Shown here: piece after piece, positions 56,022-64,000 of the stretch
Layout of the letters: each line of letters opens with the position of its first letter
Numbering within the stretch: position 1 is the stretch's first letter
Assembly: GCA_965637545.1 (NCBI GenBank)
Contig: OZ281499.1
Span: 9,982,001 to 10,046,000 of the forward strand
Reading direction: 5' to 3'
Source of the DNA: Phallusia mammillata
Lineage: Eukaryota
Length of the DNA stretch: 64,000 bases
Program-made: the position numbers and the translations under genes
The notes under the pieces: generated by a model
Database searches by the model: none
What the model was told of the DNA's origin: nothing
Seen by the model: the letters and a program-made list of their open reading frames with translations, nothing else

Positions 56022-57741
56022 TCCGAATCAATAGGCAACTTAAAATAATCTAAACCTTAGTAACTTTTTGTTGCAAAAAAACCTTCGTGAATAAACAACG
56101 CAAAACATAGAATACAAACATTGAAACAAAACTGATGTTTTTGATATTGATCAAGTAAGTGTATTCCAACATTTCTTGAGTTGCGCCCCATTAAGAAACT
56201 ACACTTCTGTTTGTGGCGAACTTTGCAGGAAAAATACACAATGTATAACAAAATCTTCAAAATAATGGCTGCATAAAGTGTGTCGCGGCACAATGGTTGA
56301 ATAACACCAGATCAAGCAATTTTTAAGACCGTGGGTATTAAAGCCAATTTTTGTTTTTTAATAACCTCGTTCTGAATTATCAACCTCCTGCTATACTTGA
56401 GTGTTTGGACGTTATACATATGTATGTTAAGATTTTGGCTGTTTGCTAGGTTGCACGTACACCTTAAACACCCAATTTAAGTTATAAAAACACAGTTTCA
56501 CAAAATCTTAATGCATTTTGGTTTGTTCTCAATAAACTTGTCAATGAGCATTTCTATACTAAAGCTTGTTATTACACCACAGTAAGTTTAACACAAAGGC
56601 CTACTTGGCGCGGTGATTAAAGTGGATTGACATCCTAATGGTTTTGCATTAATTTGTAGGATGGCGACGTTGAACCGTAAACAATTTCAATCTCTTTTTA
56701 CCTTTACTAGACAAGTTTGTTTAAAGTTGTCAAAAGTTATGTAACGTTTGAAAATCTACTAACACCACGGCAGACCCACATTTAGCTAAATTTCGATAAG
56801 TGGCACATAGAGCACAAATACTTTAAAGCGGCATGTCTTCAAACATGCTCACGGTAAGGGCTTTTAGGTTTGAGGTAAGGTATTATCATTAAAATTTAAA
56901 CGAAACTAACTTTAAAACTTGCTTTCCAACCCTGCTCTCTTTAAAGTTGCTAAATTAATAATTTAACTCTTTACGCCACCTAGGTATGGTGAGGTATGGT
57001 GTTAATGGCTCTACCATTGAAATCAAAAATCTGTATCGGTGCACTTTTATTATTGCAACTGTTGAAATGCTTTGTCCATTAGATAGAATTAACATTTCCC
57101 TTTGTCCATTAGAACAAAATGCCTTAAAATATTTGTAAGGGCAGACTTAGAACTTTGTAGAACGCCTTCTCACAATGTGCCTAGTAGGTAGCGCACTCTT
57201 TTTGCCTAGTAGGAAGCGCACATTTTATTTTCAGAAAAAAGGATACTATAGCAGTAAGTCTAGTCTGCTCCCGTTTCCACATCATCGTTTTTTGTGTGGA
57301 AATTGCTAAAAAATTTCAAGTAATTGAAAGGAATTAGCTTGCAATGTTTTTTTCAGTAAAGTCAAACTTGCGTTTAGGGACCTCTGTCTGGTGCCTCGTA
57401 GGTTGCTATTTATTCGTAGTTGCTATTTATCTGATATTGAACGTGTAATAAAATGCACATTTGTGTCCTAAGTTGGTGTTAGCTGTTGTTGCATATATTT
57501 GCTTTCCAACAGCGTGGACAAAGCTGGCGTTTAAATATACATGTTACGATTTATTATGACACAAACTTTGATTCATAACAAAAAATAAATTTTGGTAACT
57601 GATCTGGCTGACAATAAGCCTAAAAGCTTTAGACAAAGTTTTAGATTTTTATTGGCAATTAGAAATCTAAACCTGTGATGGATATGGTTTCCTAACTTTG
57701 CTATTCTTTGTTAAGTTGCAAAGCTGACCTTAAGATAAGAC

Positions 57742-58080
57742 ATGGCTAAATTACTTGCGATTTTGCTGATATCATCAGTCATGTTGATGCGTGTGTCATC
57801 AGTCTGTGCCCAGTTTTTAAGTTTGGAAACCAATGATGCAGAGTAAGAAACATAATTTGTTTTCCTTAACTATTTTATGTGATGGTCAAATACGTTTTGT
57901 GGAAATCCAATGGGTATCTTAATTATGTACCGAACCAACATTTACTTTACGTTTTATAGTGCTTGTTCATATTGGTCACGAAAAATTATAATTGTTTTGT
58001 TACCGGTGTTAACGAAGCTGCAACAGTTTCCGCTAAAGGCTCATCTGTTGTATTTGGCTTTCCGCATAGAGAATAAATGA
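57742..58080 (+). CDS. Peptide family locus E2 (73 aa, 2 exons)
   Basis: join(57742..57842,57960..58080): MAKLLAILLISSVMLMRVSSVCAQFLSLETNDADACSYWSRKIIIVLLPVLTKLQQFPLKAHLLYLAFRIENK*. The frame is shared with E1 across a 6-bp indel. Confidence 0.55.
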
Positions 58081-58171
58081 AACAGTGTTATCTGAAAAAA
58101 ACTAGGAGTGTGGTGTCCCAATTAATGTACTATTGTTCCTTAAGTTTAGTGACTCAAACTTGTGGTTAAAC

Positions 58172-58680
58172 ATGGTTAAATTACTTGCGATTTTGTTGAT
58201 ATCATGAGTCCTGTTATTAAATTTATCGTCTATTAAGCCGATGTAGCAATATAGGTTTGCACAGCAACAATGGAGGGTAAAAAGTACTTACTTTTGCATT
58301 TGTAGAACTTTTAACATTACTGCAAGACCTTTGGGCCCTAAATTGTTGACGTAGAAAACATTTAAGAGAATTAAAATGCCATCTTTTTTGCAGTCAAAGT
58401 CTTTTCTACGACAATGTTAAGAACAGGTTAGAAACTTTGCAGTTGGAAGAAGAAATGGGGAAAATGCTTAATGGTTAGTATCAGCATAGGCCACAGTTTT
58501 GTTTTGCAACGTTTTATTAGTTGCTAAGTAAAGATAGAATAAAGTATAAGAGCTGTTCTTATCAAAAATCCAAAACACAATTGCATCTTTTATGGTTGTT
58601 TGCTCAACCATACCCACTTATAACTTGGTTTTAACGTTTTATGTTTCGATCTTTTAGATTTGAAGCGAAGCAGAGGATAA
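58172..58680 (+). pseudogene. Peptide family locus B2, premature stop at codon 12
   Basis: MVKLLAILLIS* (TGA at 58205-58207). Exon 1 still ends ...LHSNNGG|gt; exon 2 (QSLFYDNVKNRLETLQLEEEMGKMLN) and exon 3 (DLKRSRG*) are intact. Confidence 0.75.
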
Positions 58681-59526
58681 TTAACGATGCAAACAAAAGC
58701 TGCCTGGATGTTGAAAGAGCAAGGAAATATTTTTTGTCTTTGGTGGCTTTTGTTTTGCTGTGTGACTGAAATATAAATAATAAATCAAAATTAAATAAAT
58801 AACACGGTTAAAGTTTACAATCACAATAAAAAGTTACATGGAATATAATTGTCTCTGTATGTGTTTGCAGCATTTTGTCGACACTTGCTTTATAATTCCA
58901 AGGGTGTATAGGCCAAGTTTGAAGAAATATCTTAGACAGCCGCATTCGACATGCCGGTCACACTTTGTTAAGGGTGCTGCGTCTCACAACTCCTTGTTTG
59001 TAGATCAATGATTATATAACAACACCCACATCGTAGCACTAACCATTTCATTCGTGCTATAGTTTATTTAGTATTTCGTAACTGTTATTGTTTGGCCGGT
59101 TGTGTATTAACTTCCGCAAGTATATGGGGTATTTGTTGGAAAGTAGATCCTCTTTCTGATAAGTTTTAGTGTTTGCTGCCCTGGTCGTATAAACAAAAGC
59201 ACAATTATGATAACTGGGCCATACGGTTGGCAGTCAGTATTTGAGTATAGGTTAAGCCACCACGTTGTTGAGCATTGGTATGAAGTATTGGAAAAAAGCA
59301 TTGGTATGAAGTATTGGAATAGTAAAGCTGTAGAACAAAATAAAATGAAATTTTTGGAAGTTTTGGGTTAGATGTCTAAATAAAACTCTATAAAACAGAA
59401 GCAAGTACTATCGAATGGGTTTTAATGTAAAATAAGAACAATGTTTAAAAAATGGGGACATGGGCGTACAGGATACTGTGACAATACAACAACTTTTTGA
59501 AATTGCTTGCAGAAATAAACAATAAC

Positions 59527-59941
59527 ATGAATAAACTTGTTGCATTGTTGTTGCTATCCGCGTTTCTGGTCAATGTTGCATCTGGTAAAAGATTAGTTAA
59601 TCGATATGGTCTTGCAACCAGCATCAATGGCGGGTAAGACTGAAAGTTATCTGATTCGTTTAGTTGCATATTAAAAATGTTCACTTTTTAGTGTCTCAAT
59701 TGGCTACGACGCGCGAAACAGGTTTGAAACAACTGCCTTGGAGCATGCCCTGGAAGATATGTTTGATGCTGGTATGAAAAAAATTAAACAAAAAAATCGT
59801 AAAACTATAGTTTTCAGTTAAATTTTTCCGTGACCCATATGTGCATGTGTCAAATACGAGGACAAAATTATTTACCCTGGCTACAAATGTACAGTACAAT
59901 TAACACGCTTTTTGTTTTCAGAACTACATGAAAGAGTCTAA
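59527..59941 (+). CDS. Secreted peptide precursor A3 (68 aa)
   Basis: join(59527..59633,59692..59771,59922..59941): MNKLVALLLLSAFLVNVASGKRLVNRYGLATSINGGVSIGYDARNRFETTALEHALEDMFDAELHERV*. Confidence 0.85.
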
Positions 59942-60142
59942 GATTGGAAAGATGACAACATCAGTGTTTGTTTGAAAGAAATAATAAGTTTGCTATTATT
60001 TCGCACTCTTATAATGATAGTAATAAATAGACAAACAAAACGGTTTTGTGGGATTGCTTTGTTGTATAGTTTAGAAGTATTATTAAATCAAAATGTTACA
60101 CAAATCTAACATAGAGAATTGTAGCTCATTTTAAGTCTAGAC

Positions 60143-60490
60143 CAGTGGTTCTCAACCAGGACCCATGGCCCCCCAGGGGGGCCACAAACTGTGTTCCGGG
60201 GGGCCACGGGTGTAGAATCACCAGAAACACCCACTGAAATCCATTTCCTTTTTAACTTTATTCCTTAATTTAATCGACTATTTCACGTACTATTTGTCTA
60301 TATTGAGTTTTTTTACGATTACGGATTATTGATTATTCTATTCGACCTGTTTAAAGTCGAAATTAGTACCGAATTCCAACATGAGATTGCCATTTACATT
60401 TTTTAAGGGGACCACAGGTCCTACAGCCTTACTTGAAGGGGGCAATGAGGTCAAAGAGTTAGTTTTAGGGAGCCACGGTCAACGAAAGGT
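60143..60490. mobile_element. hAT-type MITE (6635 family), right TIR truncated
   Basis: Starts cagtggttctcaacc; aligns along its length with 6635-6988. Confidence 0.8.
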
Positions 60491-60585
60491 TAGACTTTAC
60501 TGACACCCTTCGACCCTTAAATATCAGTTGAGTTTATTTTGCTTAGTGATAGACAACATAGCGACACATTGTCATTGTTTTAGTA

Positions 60586-61011
60586 CAGCGGTTCCCAAAC
60601 TGGGGTCCGCGGTCCTTTAGGGGTCCGTGAGGCAATTTTTGGGGGACCGCGAAGCGGTTGAAGTAATTCTATAATCTTATTTGGCGTCAGTTTGTGCCAC
60701 TAAATAAGTTTAAATCAAAGTAGAATTGAGAATCGACTGTCTCCATTGCTAAACAATGGCCTTTATTGAATGACAACTATCAAAAATGCAATTGTTCGCG
60801 CACAATCGTAATGTTTTTGTCCTGTTTGTGATGTCATATGCTGTCTTTGGATGATTGTTATGCGCAATTTTGCATAACTAGCTAAAATCCTGCAATCAAC
60901 TTTCGTTTTTATGAAATACACATTTAGGCTTAACGACCGCGAGCCTTCGAAATAATGGCAAAGGGACCGTTTTGAAAAAAATATGAAAAAAGTTTTTTTT
61001 GGGAACCACTG
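60586..61011. mobile_element. hAT-type MITE, nearly identical to 40912-41333
   Basis: Same TIRs; perfect TSD ttttagta. Confidence 0.92.
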
Positions 61012-62196
61012 TTTTAGTAGGATATATTTAAAATGCCCGTAGGTCACAAAATGTTTATTTACTAGTGGGTATTGAAATAGCATGTATGCAGACTTTCATG
61101 CTTCACAGAATAAGCTTACTTCATATATGAAGTGCCACCAACGCAACATCAACAAAAAACTTTGATAACCTATTTGCCCTGTATTTTTCCATGAATTATT
61201 TCAACGTCAGCTTTTCAATGGTGCGGCAACAAGTTGGGAAGTTAGTTTGGAAAACATTTACACCCTGACTCTGCCACGTCAATATGTTTAATAATGTTTA
61301 AATAATTTATGCTTTAAGTTGTTTAAATAATTCCGTTTCAACTTCAAGTACTAACCGAGAACCCGAATTTTATCGGCGGATTCCATACGGTTAAGAGGGT
61401 TAACACGCACAACAAGTCCAAGTCTAGTCTTTCAAGAAAGATATTTGGCTTTGGACTCGTGTTTGATTGGGAAAGCGAGACTTTTCAAGAATTGACTGAC
61501 TTAAACTCGGTTATTAAGTATTACAGCTTCAACATTTGTAAGCATAAAAATCATGTTAAAACAATACTTAATCACCTTGATTTTCGAGCAAATTTCGAAC
61601 TGTCGTAATGCAGGCGGTAATATTCAAGAAATGTGATACACCTTAAGTTTTAGTAAGCACACATACTTTTCACACGCTTTGTTTCTCTAATAGTAGGCAT
61701 GTTAATGTCCACGATCACAATCAAACTTTTTCAGTAATTGATGATAAAAAATACAGACATCGACGAAATATACATCACGATTGTTACAACTTCGTCTAAG
61801 CTGATTTTAAGTCATAAGCATTTGATTCTTTCTTTTTCCCTTAAGTTTAGCTCCTTTGAATAACAGTATAGTGCCGTCCCTAGCACAAGCCCACGTACCC
61901 GACCCGACTGTCAAACGTTGCTGAAATGTCTATAAAATGCACTATAAAAGTCGTTTTTTTATTACTCAGCAGGTTTTTGGCGAAACATAATATAATTGAA
62001 ATATATTATTGGTTTGTTTTATTCCATCTGAACCTAATAAGCGACTATACCGACCAAGAAAACTAATTCGGCGAAATGTAACTGCAACAAACTTGCTTTA
62101 TTACTCTTTTATTTGCTGTACCTGCGGTTGCATACCAAAACACACTATGCATAACATAAACAACGATTTCGTTTTCTTCAACAAACTAGGGAGCTT

Positions 62197-63840
62197 TTAT
62201 CCTCTGAGGTGATCTAAAACAAGATTCAAACCATTAAATTGAAAAATGCTGATTAAAATTATTACAGTGCGCAAGCATGTACAAACGTACAAAAATTGCT
62301 GAGCTTAATTGTAAAAAAATTGTAGATTATATTTTAGATTTGTCAAGTGTACTTACCACGAAGGATATTTTCCATTGCTTCTTCAAGCTTCCAAGTTTCA
62401 AACATGTTCTTCATATTATCCCATGGAATTTTTACACTGCAAACACATATTAGCATTCAACTTTTTAAAACCAGCAAAAATCACCGAAATTAAGTCAAAG
62501 TTGGTCCACTCAAACATCGAGAAACCCAGTGTTAGGATAACTGTGTGAATGTTGTGAAAAAAGGAAAAAAAAAAAATTTCGTTTCATTAGAATAAAAGGA
62601 TGTAAAGAATATTTGTCTCTGTATGATTTGGAAATCATGTTTTTTTGAATAATGTTTTATAATTATAAATATCAAAGATGTTGAAGAAAACCCGATAAGT
62701 TTGGCCACAACAGAGTTGTGATTCGGCTGATAAGTTATATTTGTTAATTATTTGCTGGAGCCAAGTCAAACTGCAACTGATAACAGCATAAAAAATAACA
62801 AAGAATTATTAAACAGGAATTCCGACTAATTTCTGGGATTATTTCAGTAACATCTGCTTTGAAAATCCTGATACGGAAACTGTTGAGACCAAACGTGGTG
62901 GAAGTGGTTAGTATTGCAAAAAAAATGGCTGCTGAATATGATTTAATGTTTGGTATAAGTATAAAAATATAAAAAACCAAATATAGAAAAAATGATTTGC
63001 TTTTCAAACATTTTGTTAACCCTCTACTGGATCAGAAAATGCTAGAAGACTTGTTTACATTATTTACCGACGTCCTCCATCAAAAAAACAAAAATGCAAA
63101 GACAATAGAATTTGTATATTGACTATTTACTAACGTCTAAAACACAAGGACGCGACCTTATTTTAACACTTTCGTGTCGTATATTTGCAAATATATCTGC
63201 AAATTACGATTTGCCGAGGAGATCATGCTTCTTCAAGCACAACTGTGCAAATGTATTAAATGTGCATGCCAGGACCACAAAAAAATAACTCATTATAAAA
63301 CAAGTTAGACTAGTAAGTCGGGCCGGGCTTTTGGAGATTTAAGTTCGAGCCGGGTTCGGGCTTAGGTTTTGTTACACAAACTGGCTTTATTCGGATCTGA
63401 ATTTAAATTCTGTGTATTTTTTTCAGATAAAATTAGCCCACTAAGTATATAGTTGCTGGACTTCACCGAATGCCCAACAGCCCTAAAACGCCATGTTTAT
63501 TTAAGTATTCTGTCCAATGGTACGTTTTGTAGGCTGTTAAGCAGAGGCCTGTCAAACAAACTTTCGTGACTAAACGACTTCTGAACAACGATTCAGGTTG
63601 AAGCCGAGCTTCGGGCTTGTACTTTCGGATTGGGCTCAAATTTCGGGTCGGCTTACAACTTTGATTTAGACGCAACGATTTGCTACTTGCAAGTATCGTA
63701 AAAGTTTTTTTGCTTAAACGTTTGATTTAAACTACTTACCCCCCGTTGTTGCTGGTCTGGTGGAGGGGTTTTCGTCCATGGACTGGTGACAAGTTCATTA
63801 ACAGCAACGAAATCAGCACAAACGCAATACACCTGGTCAT
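62197..63840 (-). CDS. Secreted peptide precursor C3 (65 aa)
   Basis: Exons 63740..63840, 62357..62436, 62197..62213: MTRCIAFVLISLLLMNLSPVHGRKPLHQTSNNGGVKIPWDNMKNMFETWKLEEAMENILRDHLRG*. Confidence 0.82.
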
Positions 63841-64000
63841 TTTTGGCTTCTAAAATAACAAAGAGCCTGTTTTAGAAACATAAAGCTGCTACTACAAGCC
63901 ATGACTAAACTTTAATTTGCACATTAAACCAACTTCCACTTATCAATCTGGTAAAATAATTGAGCTAACTAGTTTCTTCAAAATACACCACGATTTTAAA

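Larger units (their letters stand above)
36400..64000. repeat. Segmental duplication array: W (36.4-42.1 kb), X (44.95-49.1), Y (49.8-54.7), W2 (55.5-58.8), Z (58.8-64+)
   Basis: Collinear diverged blocks visible by eye. W/W2 carry D, E and B loci; X/Y/Z each carry a convergent A(+)/C(-) pair. Boundaries are approximate. Confidence 0.85.

Overview
AT-rich, intron-rich animal genomic DNA, not prokaryotic. Gene content and small GT-AG introns suggest an invertebrate chordate such as an ascidian, but that is inference. The left half (1-35 kb) holds ordinary multi-exon genes that I assembled by hand with consistent exon phases: the last exon of STX16, HINT1, several orphan/coiled-coil genes, an intronless RING-H2 gene, a complete 12-exon SMAD4 (minus strand, one GC-AG intron) and an orphan secreted protein. 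The right half (36.4-64 kb) is a segmentally duplicated array. It contains about 12 loci (intact genes, truncated copies and pseudogenes, on both strands) of one family of tiny spliced secreted-peptide genes, none of which appears as such in the ORF track. The core layout is a signal peptide, a variable N-terminal segment ending S-x-N-G-G at the exon1/2 junction, and a conserved acidic helix ([YW]D..N.FET..LE). The window also carries many hAT-type MITEs with 8-bp target-site duplications, tRNA-derived SINE-like elements, and Penelope-like palindromic insertions bearing minimal hammerhead-ribozyme motifs; one of these sits just upstream of a peptide gene start codon. All gene models, signal peptides and folds are manual predictions; no database searches were run.
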